DNA of 64,000 nt, taken from positions 8,370,001-8,434,000 of the forward strand of contig NC_043008.1 in assembly GCF_006345805.1 (NCBI RefSeq), written 5' to 3'. The DNA is from Octopus sinensis. Taxonomy: Eukaryota. How positions within the stretch are numbered: the stretch's first letter is position 1; every line of letters starts with the position of its first letter. The notes below the pieces were generated by a model, which was given only the letters and a program-made list of their open reading frames with translations, was not told the origin of the DNA and made no database searches. Of the stretch, positions 26,808 through 40,129 are shown piece by piece. A program made the position numbers and the translations under genes.

Positions 26808-28114
26808 CATACACACACACACACACCTTCACACAAGCAGGCACAGTTACTCATGCACAAATATGTGTGCGTACGTATCTATAAATATGCATATAGTTAT
26901 TTATCATCGACTGATTTTCACTTTTAATTTAAAATCATTTGCCACTTCATATAATGTTTATTTTTCTTCCCTTTCTCGAATTCCTTCGTTTATTTCAGCG
27001 CGCTCTGGTATATACAGTTAGTCGTGTGACTACATGTGCGGCTTCTTATAATAGCGTACATGAATACTACACATTCTGTTTTGCCATTCTTCATTATAAA
27101 ATTTGCCCATGTAAAAATACTGAGAAGTAATAATATACGTCGGTAAAATAATATTTTAACAGAGTCTACGTATTTCGTGTTCGCTAATTAATCAAATAAA
27201 TTAGACACAGATATGGGATAGGAGGTAAATAAATGAGCTTTGTTTAAAATTTTAAGGTTTAATATTTTAGCAATATGAGGAAAAACACGCTTCTCTTTAA
27301 ATATAGAAGAGCTAAAAATATTTATGAACAAACTTAATTAGATTTCTTGTCAAGAAAATAACAACTTATTTTCAGGAAAGTTTATTTGGTATCCTCATTA
27401 ATTTTCGGACATTTTTGGAAGAACAAAATGACAAAAAATAAATATATATATATATACAACTATTATATCTTATTAAACTTTTGCTCGTTTCAAGATCAAA
27501 ATAACTTGTTGAAAGTAGGCGTAATCACAATTGAAAATGCAATATGCTTCAGCAGAAATAGCTCAACTATGAAGAAAATACTGCAACAAGCAAACATCTT
27601 TGCAAACGAAAAATAATTTTATTTTCAAAACTTGATGTGTCATTTACACACTCGAATCTACATCTCTCATTTACACACTTCAGATATAGGTAACCAAATT
27701 AGGTAATACTATAACTTTGAAGTAATTATTCCTATAGTCACTGTGCGCCTGCGTTTGTTATGTAGGCGCAATATACTTATTTCTACATCAGATTCACGGA
27801 TGTAACATAAATGTCATAGAGGTTTTCAAATTGTAACAAGCGGGAACACAGATATATCTGAAGAGAATTTTCTTTAAGACAAATAATGTATACGGAATGC
27901 ATTTCATCGTTGATCATATCTCACCGTTAAAATTGCAATGTAAACATTTCTCTATGACATTTTACCAAATTTTGTAGAGAAATTCTGTTCTAAACATGAA
28001 AAATGCGTTGACACGAACAAGCTACGGACAATTTCACCTGGTGTAAATTAAAACTAAGCGAAGTATATATATTCTTTGATTATATATATATAAATATATA
28101 TGTGTATATATATA

Positions 28115-28179
<65 letters not shown>

Positions 28180-28484
28180 AAGAAGAAGAAAGAGAGCAAA
28201 CGAAGGAGATAGGGAGAAGATATATATATATACATATACACATATATATATATAGACAGATAGAAACATACATACACACATACACACATACATACATACA
28301 TTCATACATACATGCATACATACATACATACATACATACATGCATACATACATACATACATGCACAATATTTTGTCTCTTTATTTCAGTACGAAATATTT
28401 CCTTCTGGCACTTATATGGTCCTTGACTCTACATCACATTCGCACCTTTCCCTTCATTTGTTTTTCCTTCTACTTCGCTGCAAA

Positions 28485-28548
<64 letters not shown>

Positions 28549-28894
28549 TATCTTTCTCTCTCACTCTGTCTCTCTCTCTCTTTCTTTCTTTCTCTCTCTT
28601 AATAGTTTGCAACTATGTAAAGAAAATCCATCAATTGTAGCGAGCCACTCAAGTACAGAAAATAATTTGTGTTGCTCTTTTCTTAAAATATCTTGTCCAC
28701 ACACATCACCACATTCATGATGGATTGTATTCTAGTTGTATATATACAGATATACATATAGATACAGATACATTGATAGATAGATAGATTATCTTAATAT
28801 GTTTGTCATATCTCTTTCGATTGCTGTCTTTCTTCCTGTTTCATTCTTTATACAGGCGCACACACACATACTATATATATATATATATATATAT

Positions 28895-29045
28895 CTTTCC
28901 TTAGCCTATGTTTCCGACGAAGAGCTCCGCTCGAAACGTTAAACCCGCCTTCTTTCCTTCTTTCGTGAGCATCCAATAATACTATATTTGTTCCACGTCT
29001 TCGCGTTGTTGTGCTTTTTTGTGCTTTCATGTTCGGATTACCTTT
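28895..29045 (+). mobile_element. short Penelope-like pLTR unit with minimal hammerhead, flanked by (TA)n
   Basis: ~150-bp non-repetitive island between TA tracts containing the hammerhead motif at 28910-28944, followed by a pyrimidine-rich stretch. Confidence 0.5.
28910..28944 (+). ncRNA. minimal type I hammerhead motif with CCGACGA core
   Basis: Stem I GTTT(28910-13)/AAAC(28941-44); core CCGACGA(28914-20); unpaired A then stem II GAGC-TCC-GCTC; GAAA; palindromic ACGT stem III; GTT triplet (28938-40). Confidence 0.6.
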
Positions 29046-29049
29046 ATAT

Positions 29050-29100
<51 letters not shown>

Positions 29101-29101
29101 A

Positions 29102-29133
<32 letters not shown>

Positions 29134-29173
29134 TATGCATACATATATACATACATATATATATATATATAGT

Positions 29174-29216
<43 letters not shown>

Positions 29217-29453
29217 TATATAGTATATACTAAATGAATACGAGCATTATGTGGTTATGTATGCGTGTTATGTACGCGAAAGGCTCTGATATGGTGAGCC
29301 TGGAGGAAACCGATTTAATTTTCAAAACATGCGTCCATAGAGAGTGTCGTCCTTAAATGATAATAAAAATACATAATTTGCTATAAGAAATAACTCTACT
29401 TTTAGATCGACAGCTCTCACACTTTCTATTTTGCATACTCAACCTTTCTCTCT

Positions 29454-29500
<47 letters not shown>

Positions 29501-30642
29501 TTCTCTCATTACTCTGTATCTTTCTTTCTATATATGCCTTATCTCTCACGCACTGATTTCATTTTGCTTCAAACGTCTTCCAATGTTTACTCTCATCTTG
29601 TTTTATGATTCGCTAAAATGATCAAATTTTAAAAGTTTGTAATAATTTCCTATCGTTTTTCTGGAACAAATAAATCACTAACTCGGATTTAGCGTCAAAA
29701 ATGTACATCACTATCCAAAAATAGGAAATTTTTCAGTTAATTTTAAGCTTTCAAAATCTGTGACAGTAATAGAGAAGATCTCTCCATCACTTTTGCCTTT
29801 TGCTTTTTTCAAGGAAAATTTTACGCAACTCTCTCTCACGCTACATAAAATTGTATAGCTCACGCTGTGTGTGTGTGTAAGAAAGAGAGAGAGAGAGAGT
29901 TTGGTGTTCTGTGTTTGTGTGTGTGTGTATCTGTGTTTTTTCAGTATATGTGTATACGTGTGTAAGGAATTTCTTTAAAGTGTCACAGATATTTTAAAAG
30001 AGCATACAAAAGTTAATTTGTTCTAAACGAGGGAGATAGGAGAGTGTGCTAGATGAACATCTAAATTTCCCTTAAATCACACATCTTTCCGTCTGAAAGT
30101 GATTTTGAAATTAGAAACAAATAGCAGATTCGACGGTCTTTCAGACTATAATTAAGAATAATTTCGAAAAGAGCGAAACTTCAGGATTTATGGTGAAGGC
30201 AGGGTTAACGAAGACATTTTTAAAATATCGGCATTGTTTTTATGTTAAAAATAAAGGATCTGCAGATTGTAATAGTAACCACCGATTTCCAATTTTTGCT
30301 TTCTTCTAATCTTAAAATTGTCCATCATCTATTATAAATGCGTAGTGCAAAATAAATTAAAAAGACCAAAATCGGTCCTCGGTGGTAGAAGGAGTCTGAA
30401 AAAATCAGGAATGTTTAAAACGTTTTTTCAAGCAAAGGCGTCTCCCATATTATAAAATGCATAATGCAAACACAATTGGACAAAATCGGCCCAGAAGCGT
30501 GGAAGGAGGGATAATGCTCCTACACATCATATACAATGGTGTAGTAAAAGTATTTGAAAAATCCCTCAGAACGGTGAAAATACATAGTTCGCCTTTATAT
30601 TCCGTTGTGAAGACACCCCGGCAACAATTGGAAATACAACTA

Positions 30643-30695
<53 letters not shown>

Positions 30696-30734
30696 TGTGT
30701 CTGTGTGCCAGTGTGCATATATGTATAAATACTG

Positions 30735-31090
30735 TGGCACTCTGTCGGTTACGACGACTAGGGTTCCAGTTGTTCTGATCAACGGAAGAGGTTGCTCGTG
30801 AAATTAACGTACAAGTGGCTGAGCACTCCACAGACACGTGTACCCTTAACGTAGTTTTCGGGGAGACTCAGCGTGACGCAGAGCGTGACAAAGATGACCC
30901 TCTGAGATGCAAGTACAACATAAACAGGAAAAAAGAATGAGAGAAGGTTGTGTTAAAAGAGTACGGCAGGGGGCGTCAACAGTCCTTGCGGGAGCCTCGC
31001 GGAGTTTTCAGTTATTTTACTCAATAAACACGCACAAAGCCGGGTCTGGGAATCAAACTGCTGCTCTAACCACTGGGTCATTGCACCTCC
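30735..31090 (-). mobile_element. SINE family C (tRNA-derived head)
   Basis: Reverse complement of the copy at 43276-43637: head gacccagtggttagagcagc...gtttgattcccagacc, tail ...gttaagggtacacgtgtctgtggagtgctcagccac...gtcgtaaccgacagagtgcca. Confidence 0.85.
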
Positions 31091-31251
31091 ACTGTATATA
31101 TAGATGGGATACGCCCAGCCTATACACACACCCACACATAACTATGTGTGTGCGTGTGTAGAGGTTGGACGTATCCTATCTATCTCTTTTGTTTCCGCAT
31201 TTCATGTTGTTTATGGTTTGTGACGTCGTGTACCCGTATACCCGTATATAC

Positions 31252-31293
<42 letters not shown>

Positions 31294-31341
31294 CTATATA
31301 TATATATATATATATATATTATGCATATATGTATAGATATA

Positions 31342-31381
<40 letters not shown>

Positions 31382-32689
31382 TATATTATTATTTGTTTGA
31401 ATCCCACGCATCCATTTCCAAGTAAGTTTATCTTAATCTTTTTGATGCGAATCTACCGTATATTTTTCTCACCCTCTAACGTTTACTCTCTCATCCTTTC
31501 TCTAATTCCTTTTTCTCCCCTTCACAATTTTTTATCTGTCTTTCTCCCCCTCTTTCTACTTTACTCTCTCTTTATATCTTGTTGCTCTCACGTGACCACC
31601 TTCCATCTTTCTTTTCCTCACGTCATCATCTTTCTTTTCTCTCAGGACTGTCCTAGAGGCTGGACGTATCCTATCTATCTCTCGCTTCTATCTTATTCTT
31701 CTGTCAAAGAAAATCTTTCTCCAATGTCCGCTATTTTACCCTCGTTCTGGTCTAACGACTCTCGAAGTTACAATTTAATATAATATGAGTATACGAAAAA
31801 CTTCTTCATTGAAGACAAAACAGATTTCTATCAGCTATCTTAATCAAGTTATATATTTTTTTATATAATTAAAAATTAAGCATTCAGCATTTTGAGAAAC
31901 ATCACGTATTTTTAATCATTTGAACATTATTAATTTTTTAAAACAACCTATTTAAATACTCACTATTTTTTCTAATTAAGGTAGTTATAATTCCCTTCTA
32001 ATTCAGCATAATTTGTATAGCAGTTTATACATAGTGAATTTATCGTCTTGTATAGGGACCAGCATTTTAACAGATAAACAATCAAAGCAAACAATATGAG
32101 AAAAAAATTCTATTTTAACAGTTCGAAATTTATTTCTGTAAATATTGAATCTCTGATAATTTCAATGCAAGTTTGATATATTTTGCTTTTTTTAAATTTT
32201 CCCCTGCCATTAGTAATGTCGCTTCGAACTGCAGGAAGACGACAAAAATAACCCGCTGTGCCAAATGAAGAAAAATATTTGATAACATCTTGAGTGCTGT
32301 ATTTTAAAATGTCGACAAAAATGAAATGGGAATATACAGAAATAAGGAGCCATTTTCTATAATATTTACATAAACAAATCTAGTCGTCCATTTGTGGTTT
32401 CATCGGTTTTCTTCCCCGGGCTTTTATTCACATTAATAAAGTCAGTTGTCAACTGAATTATTATTAGGTCATTGTATTTGAAATAATCGTCGTTGTGTCG
32501 CCAGAACTATCGACGTGTCTTTCAGAATGTAGTGATATGAACTCTATATTCGCAAAATAGGACAAAAAGTAATTTTTTAAATTATTATATTCCCTTCCAT
32601 ACGTATTAACTGTTTTGCTTTCTAAATTATTTCTGTTGTATTTCTCAAGAAAGGTTTTTAAAAAGATATACATGTATGTGTGGCTGTAT

Positions 32690-32704
32690 TTTATATATAT
32701 ATAC

Positions 32705-32735
<31 letters not shown>

Positions 32736-32980
32736 CATATCTATATATATACATATATTTATATGAGTGTATATTTGTTTGTCTCTATGTGTGTGTGTTT
32801 GTATGTATGTATGTAAGTATGTATGTATGCATGTATGTATGTATGCATGTATGTATGTATGTATGTAAGTATGTATGTATGTATGTATGTATGCATGTAT
32901 GTATGTATGCATGTATGTATGTATGTATGCATGTATGTATGTATGCATGTATGTATGCCTGTATGTATGTATGCATATAT
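32690..32980. repeat. (TA)n and (ATGT/ATGC)n microsatellite
   Basis: Directly visible. Confidence 0.95.
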
Positions 32981-33428
32981 GCACTAGACTACAGTTTCAA
33001 AGGACATTATGAAGACTACGAAGTATATATTTTGTATTCCTCTCTATAAACACGTTTATAAATATATAATTCACATAGAGAGTTATTGCGTGCCAAGAAA
33101 AGAAGATATTCAAAAAGAACCGTGTTTCAAGAATCAATAAAAACTGAATAAACCGAACATTACTGTTAAATAATATTTCAACAATATCTACATAAAATAA
33201 TTTCTGTCGCGTGAGAGAAGAATATATTTCCACGAAGTAAGATGTGATATTTATTCATAGGATAGGGATAATATATTACAAATGTTGAAATGCTTTACAT
33301 ACATACATACATACATTCATATATATATATACAAACATACATACACACATACGTGCATACATACATCAGAGATATATAGATGCATGCTTATAGATACACA
33401 CCACATACCGCACATATATATGTATATA

Positions 33429-33507
<79 letters not shown>

Positions 33508-33577
33508 TACTCTTACAATGTAATCATCGATATATTGGCCCCATATATGTCTATATGCACACAAACACGCGATCACA

Positions 33578-33613
<36 letters not shown>

Positions 33614-34603
33614 AACACACACATATATATATATATATATATATTAATATTAATATAAACTCACATTTATATAGATATATACATAGACAGATAGGTATCC
33701 TGTTTGTCCATGAATATATGTATGTGTATGTCACGTATGTATATATGCATGGGTAGCTTTGTTAACTCAATGGTATGTTACCTACTTTAAAAGTCTACTA
33801 CTTCAATATCATACAGAGCCGAACTGCAAAACGCAACAAAGCATAAGCATTTACACATCTCATATAGTTTTCTGCTTTTTTAAATGTGTTACTAAATATC
33901 CAGTTTGTTTGCTATACATACATGGTTGCGTCAGATTGTCCTTTTTACAGTTCAACCAGGTGCAAAAGCCGTAATTTGAGTGTAATCCCAATCACTTGCC
34001 GCCACTGCACTACTCTGAGACAAGACATTTAACCACACTTTTGAAAGGTTCGTTGCAGTAATCAATAGCGAAAAACATACCACTTGGAAAATTACTAAAA
34101 CATATGCCATGGTGACAAAAGAACCCCGGAATCGACTATCACAATTCGCGGAGCTCTCGCGAAAAATTTCATTAGAGTTTCTAATGGACATATTTTAGAA
34201 TAAGAACATTAAGAAACGAGTGAAGAATGAATATAGAGTCCGTATGTTTATTTGGCAAATAGCTAAAGCAATAGTTATACCAGTTCTAATAAAACTCCAG
34301 GGTGCATCCCGTAATAGGCTACATAAAGAGACTTCAAGAATATAAAACTCCAAGAGAAATATGCACACAGCTATTAGAACTAGTCATTATTCAATGTATA
34401 CACGCAATCCACAAACGATCATGGGTCTGTAGCATGTAACACGTATTTGTTAAACGTTTTGCTAGAAGTTTTGCCATCGTAGAAAACGTAGAAACCAGTC
34501 CCATCGACCCAGAGATACATGAAATTAAATGAGCTGGATTAAGGATTCGCCACATTTCGTGACGACTGCTGCAAAGTGAAACGAAATGCCTTGCTTTATG
34601 AAT

Positions 34604-35421
34604 CGCGGTCTGATCAATAAGTACCCGGATTGATGCAATAGTAACGAAACAAAAGCACGCAGAGTAGAGCTGCTTGGCACAGATCTTGAACTCTGCTTTG
34701 CATGCGCACTAAATTTTAAAGTTGCAGCACACTTCCACTGTTTATAGCAGTGTTTAGAATGAAGGTGTGTAGCGTGTGCTCCTCGCATTGAACATTCACA
34801 CAGAAAGTTGAGCAGAGAATCTGCATCAAGTTTTCCCAAAACCTGCTCAGAGATCAACGCAAACATTTCAAAACGTTTTCATCGTTCTCGGCACAATCAA
34901 GGAGAAACATGAAGGATTTTTTTTCTGGTTAGCTGAAAGCAGTTTTGGAACAAATTGTAACAAATCTGCACATCCTCTGGTAACTCACGGATGCTGATTT
35001 AATGATTTTCCTTCACAGCTGCACGTACATCGGCAATGTTTTTCTCAGCTCTGCTGGTTGCGGGTCTCTCAGAATGTTCGTCAATATGAACATTTTTTCG
35101 GTCATGATAGGAACGTCTGAACCACTGTGGACTTCTGTGCGGCTCATACACTTCTCCTCCAAACACTTTCCGTAACTTTGTGTAGGCCTCTGAGCAGGTA
35201 TCGCCATAATAATTTTTTCTCTTATGTTCAATGCGGCGATCACACGCTACACACCTTCATTCCGAGCTCCGCTGTAAAGAGAGAAAATAAGCTAGAAAGG
35301 TAAAACTTAATACGCATGCACAACAGTCGTCAAGGTCAATCTTTTCCCAGTAGCTTCGCTCTGCGTACTTTAACTTCGTTTCTATGGCAATAGTCCGGGT
35401 ATTTATTAATCAGACCTTGCG
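34604..35421 (-). mobile_element. non-autonomous mariner derivative with two inverted 5' ends (copy 1)
   Basis: TIRs cgcggtctgatcaataagtacccggatt... and the reverse-complement ...ccgggtatttattaatcagacc. Minus arm encodes GDTCSEAYTKLRKVFGG...RPATSRAEKNIADVRAAV...IRELPEDV; plus arm encodes EQRICIKFSQ. Both are mariner transposase N-terminal sequence. Confidence 0.85.
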
Positions 35422-35529
35422 AATTACACCACTCGTTCCAGGAAATGAAACCACACCATGATCGTTAGCAAATCACCGATCGCCCAAGCCAGTGGTCCAC
35501 CAACCGTTTCAGGTGCGTATGCATGTATG

Positions 35530-35561
<32 letters not shown>

Positions 35562-35570
35562 ATATGTATG

Positions 35571-35601
<31 letters not shown>

Positions 35602-35604
35602 ATG

Positions 35605-35635
<31 letters not shown>

Positions 35636-36281
35636 GCGTATATGTAAGAGCGAGAGTGCGCGCTCTTATGTGTGTGTGCGTATGAGGCTCCGTGTGTAAG
35701 TGCGTATATCCTTATAAACACGTATATATACATTCAACATATATATGTCTGTGTACGCGCGCGCAATGGCATATATGTGTGTCTGTGTGTCCGTGTGTTT
35801 GTAATAGTGCATATGCTTATATATTTGCACTTTAAGTGTTTCATCAATATTACTCATTTTTCTTTAATTTTCCTGAACATTGTATTGTAAGAACAGACAG
35901 CTCCAACGTATACAGAAATGTAGCATTTCATATTTATGCGGATAGTGTAGGATAAAAAGAAACATATACCGAGATAAATATAGCTGTACACAATATAGTA
36001 AGAAAAATGTAAGAAATATGAATGCATAAAAGTGTTGGGTCTGTATCGATATCTCTTAACTCACAGGTGAATCATTTTCCCAATGAAAGCACTGTATTAA
36101 AGTACGCGAATGAAATACCAAAAATATGACTACTGATCGTTGATAAGCATTGTTATATATTTTGCAAAAGGCTTCCTTCCATTTCACACAGAACTATCAG
36201 CTTATCATTAAATATTAGAGAATAGCTAGATAACATTATCATATGGATAAGTAAATATATGTTTAGGTACTATCCAGATTC

Positions 36282-36505
36282 TCTTATTCTTTTACTTCTG
36301 TCAGTCATTTCACAGCGGCCATGCTGGAGCACCGCCTGTAGACGAATAAATCAACGCCGAGACTTGTTCTTTGTAAGCCAAGTACTTGTTATATCGGGTT
36401 TGTTTGGCGAACCGCTATGTGAATGGGACGTAAACACACCAACATCAGTTGTCAAGCGACGGTCGCGGGATGAACAGAAACACACAAATACACACACACT
36501 CACAG

Positions 36506-36548
<43 letters not shown>

Positions 36549-36648
36549 CATATATACAAACACACCCAAACACACCCACAAAGATTTTGCCCAAGGTACC
36601 ATATGGGTGGGAAGCAAGCTTCTTACCAACGCAGCTACTCCTACGCCT
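36282..36648 (-). mobile_element. SINE family A with internal deletion
   Basis: cagtcatttcacagcggccatgctggagcaccgcc...ttgcccaaggtacc...gcagctactcctacgcc. Confidence 0.85.
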
Positions 36649-36846
36649 ACTTACTAACACAAAAGTGTACGTGTGTATATGTATATATTATATATATATA
36701 TATAATATATATATATATATATTATATATTATATATATATATATATAATATATATATATACATATATACATATATGAATATACACATATATATATATATA
36801 TATAGGTATATATACTGTATTTAAAGCAGCTGCAAATTCAAAAAAA

Positions 36847-36886
36847 CCTGTTACTCTGAGTTTCACGTTGCCGTTCATCGGACATT
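36847..36886 (-). ncRNA. minimal type I hammerhead motif with CCGATGA core
   Basis: Minus strand: TGT-CCGATGA-ACG(GCAA)CGT-GAAA-CTC-A-GAG-TA-ACA. Stem II is closed by a GNRA tetraloop, stem III ACTC-A-GAGT is quasi-palindromic, triplet GTA, stem I TGT/ACA. Lies in a ~150-bp island (about 36825-36978) between TA tracts. Confidence 0.65.
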
Positions 36887-36984
36887 TTTTGCTAGAAAAA
36901 ACTGGCATATTACTCTACCACTGGTATTTGAGTACTCTTTTTTCCACCTTGTTTCACATTTATGTGTTTACTCCGGTATATATA

Positions 36985-37136
<152 letters not shown>

Positions 37137-37682
37137 GTGAGAGAGAGAGAGATGGATATGTATTAATTTATACAAGCGTGTATACACGCTTTTTAAATGT
37201 GTTGTGTTTCTGTGTCTGTCCAGCGTGCGTGTTCAATATGATAGCAACTACAAATCCACGCTCTTATTTTGAATGCTTCAATTCTTTGATTTTCTGGTTA
37301 TTTTGTACGGCAAACACACGTTATCCGATCGACAAATATTCGTAATTACACCATATCTCTATCGAGAAATACAAACAAATTTACACACCATTTTAACAAC
37401 AATCTTTTCAATATTGTAACAAACCCGAATCTTCTCGTGTATTCCCATACAATACTCATGACAACAGATATTTTGTTCATAAGATTCTTTATTTTATTTG
37501 CTGTTTTTACTTCTATTTCAATTTTCGTACAAAGCAAAATCAAATTAAGTACTTTTGTCCATTTCGACATGATTAAATATCCAATATAAAATCAAACTGA
37601 TAAATAGTCAGAAGTATTTAACAACAACAAACAAACAACGAAGAACAATTAACAACAACAAACAACAACAACAGCAGCGGAA

Positions 37683-37757
37683 ATGCAGAGAAACGCTACA
37701 TTGCCGTCACAACACGCCTACAATAATCGCAGTGTGTCTCATAGTGAAACCGACCAG
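37683..37757 (+). CDS. candidate first coding exon MQRNATLPSQHAYNNRSVSHSETDQ (phase 0), product unknown
   Basis: ATG after a CAA-rich leader, 25 open codons, donor CAG|GTAATC. No homology recognised. Confidence 0.3.
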
Positions 37758-37888
37758 GTAATCTCCTTAACGCATGTTGCATTTGTTTCGAATTGAAAAC
37801 ATTCTTACCTCGTGTCTAAATCTCATTGCTAAAAGACTAGTTCATCTTTTTTGAAAACAGTCCAGAGACACAAATTCAAAGCAAACAA

Positions 37889-38283
37889 GGCGTAGGAATG
37901 GCTGTGTGGTAAATAGATCGTTTGCGAACCACATGTTTCCGGGTACAGTCCCACTGCGAGGCATCTTGGGTAAGTGTCTTCTACTATAGCCTCGGGTCGA
38001 CCAAAGCCTTGTGAGTAGATTTGGTAGGCGGTAACTGAAAGAAGCCCGTGGTATATATGTATATATATATGTGTGTGTGTGTTTGTGTGTCTGTGTTTGT
38101 CCTCCCAACATCGCTTGACAACCGATGCTGGTGTTTTTACGTCACCGGTTCGCCAAAAGAGACCGATATAATAAGTACTAGGCTTACAAAGAATAAGTCC
38201 TGGGGTCGGTTTGCTCGACTAAAGGCGGTGCTCCAGCATGGCCACAGTCAAATGACTGAAACAAGTGAAAGAGTAAAAGAGTA
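37889..38283 (+). mobile_element. SINE family A, near full length
   Basis: ggcgtaggaatggctgtgtggtaa...cagtcccactgcgaggcatcttgggtaagtgtcttctactatagcc...gactgaaacaagtgaaagagtaaaagagt. Confidence 0.92.
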
Positions 38284-38626
38284 AGGAAATTGCTCCTTCA
38301 TACCGTACCATAATTAAGCAGGTGGATAAAATTTTGCTGTTTTTGTTTTTGCATTAATTTTTTTTATTTTCGATTTGTTTATACACACACACACACACAC
38401 GCACATAAACACACACACACACACACATACACACAAGTGATTAAGTTTATAGATTAATGACATTTTCACTCCGCCCCACAGAGTGCCAACTTTAAATATT
38501 TAAAGGATTCGTTCTGATGACGTCTAGTGATCGAGACTTCATGTTTTAAAGAGACAAATTTCTATGCTTGAAAGATATCTTTGCGATACATTTACCAATT
38601 GACAAAGTGTGTACTTCCCCACTTAC

Positions 38627-38700
38627 CTCCATCCGTGCTAAATATTCTCCTTCTTCAGATGTTAGTGTAATAATAATGTTTTGACCGGAAGCGGAACCGC
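38627..38700 (-). promoter_or_regulatory. candidate promoter/first exon: ETS-like CCGGAAG motif, short leader, ATG-GAG then donor
   Basis: CCGGAAGCGG at 38685-38694 in a CpG-richer patch. Minus strand ...gcacggATGGAG|GTAAGT (ATG 38632-38630). Confidence 0.35.
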
Positions 38701-39884
38701 CTACTCAACGGATTCTGTTAGTTTGAATGAAGTGGTCTTTTCCGCTAATCTCAGAAAAGCAATCGATATCGAAAATGGTTTTAGCAGGAAATAGTAATTG
38801 TGATGCTCATCCTTTTTGTCGTATGTAATATTATTCACCTTGCTTTCGATCGCTTATTATTCAACGTTTATATACATATGGCCGTTTTCTTCAATATAGC
38901 AAGCTATCCAATATTTTCCACAGTTCCTGTGGAACTTTGTTTATAGCAGACATATAGGACGAAAATTTTCCCTGTAGGAATAATAAAAATTGTTGTTGTC
39001 GTTAGGATGCTTATTGAAGCGTTCGTCAGGTTTCATGTCTGAGAAAAATTCACCCCACCCCTTCAATAATTCTAAAGATCAATTATGCCAGACTGCATAA
39101 GGACTTCTTTCGGATTTCTTTCGTCTGTAACATTGAGTGCACACTTGAATGTTAGTTGCTTGTAATTTCGGTTGCCATTTCGTCAATAACATCGTAAGGC
39201 AGCGAAGCCAAAAAATTCATCACATACCACTGTTAAGTTCCAGTTTGGTACGGAGAATCAACTCATGTAAGAAATTTTACGTGCAACCTTAACGTGAATG
39301 TTATTATTTACCAAGATTACGAATTAAATTTATCTTTACATTGTAGTGAACTAGCCCCTGAAATCAGGTCTGAAAGGAAACACTTCGAATCCCGCTTAAA
39401 TATTTCGCTGATCTGCTCTCAGGTATCCCATTTCTGAGTGATAGCGGCCACCCTCGTGCATGGCGTTGTTCACCCAGAGATCTGAACCAAACTGAACCCT
39501 AATCAAATTAACTGGCTCATTCGATTATGGACAAAATTCTTGTTATGTGACATCAGGTGCCGAGTTGTATAAACTATACTGTATAGAATACAAAGAAAAT
39601 CAAAGACAGACTTGGTAGTAATGTTATAATCACTGATTAACAACTAGAATAGAACTAACTGCACAAAATACAGACAGGAATGCTTTAGTTGTACACGTAA
39701 TGATTTACAGTTGCAAGTTTCTTAATGTAATACTAAACAAAGTGATTAAACTATTCAGAGCAAGAAAAACGCTCAGTATATTTTGAATCACACACTACTC
39801 GCTCAGGAACTTATGCAAGTAGTAAGCAATAACAAAACTATACTGCATGAATACCAGATATATGTAGTATTGAATCATGGCGAG

Positions 39885-39922
<38 letters not shown>

Positions 39923-40129
39923 GGAAACGTGGAAAAAAAATCAATCTGCTTTCTGTCTTTATGCAAACCAACAATTTCTCCGCAGAGGCGGCAAAACTAA
40001 ATTATGAATAAAATGTAGAACTACTCGATATCCTATGTTGCGAAATCCTAAATGACAATAGGGCTGTCGGTTCTGTTGATAAAGAATATACACATTAAGT
40101 CGTTATGTAGTCAATACTGGAAAAAGCTG

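Noticed and set aside
29290-30395. Possible DNA-transposon-like element with weak inverted ends (gaggaaaccgattt / aaaatcggtcctc)
   Set aside because: Terminal similarity is too short and imperfect, and there is no coding remnant or TSD.
38514-38545. CTGATGA motif; similar minus-strand hits near 17350, 19090, 44765 and 49375
   Set aside because: None has the required stem II-GAAA-stem III-UH-stem I arrangement.
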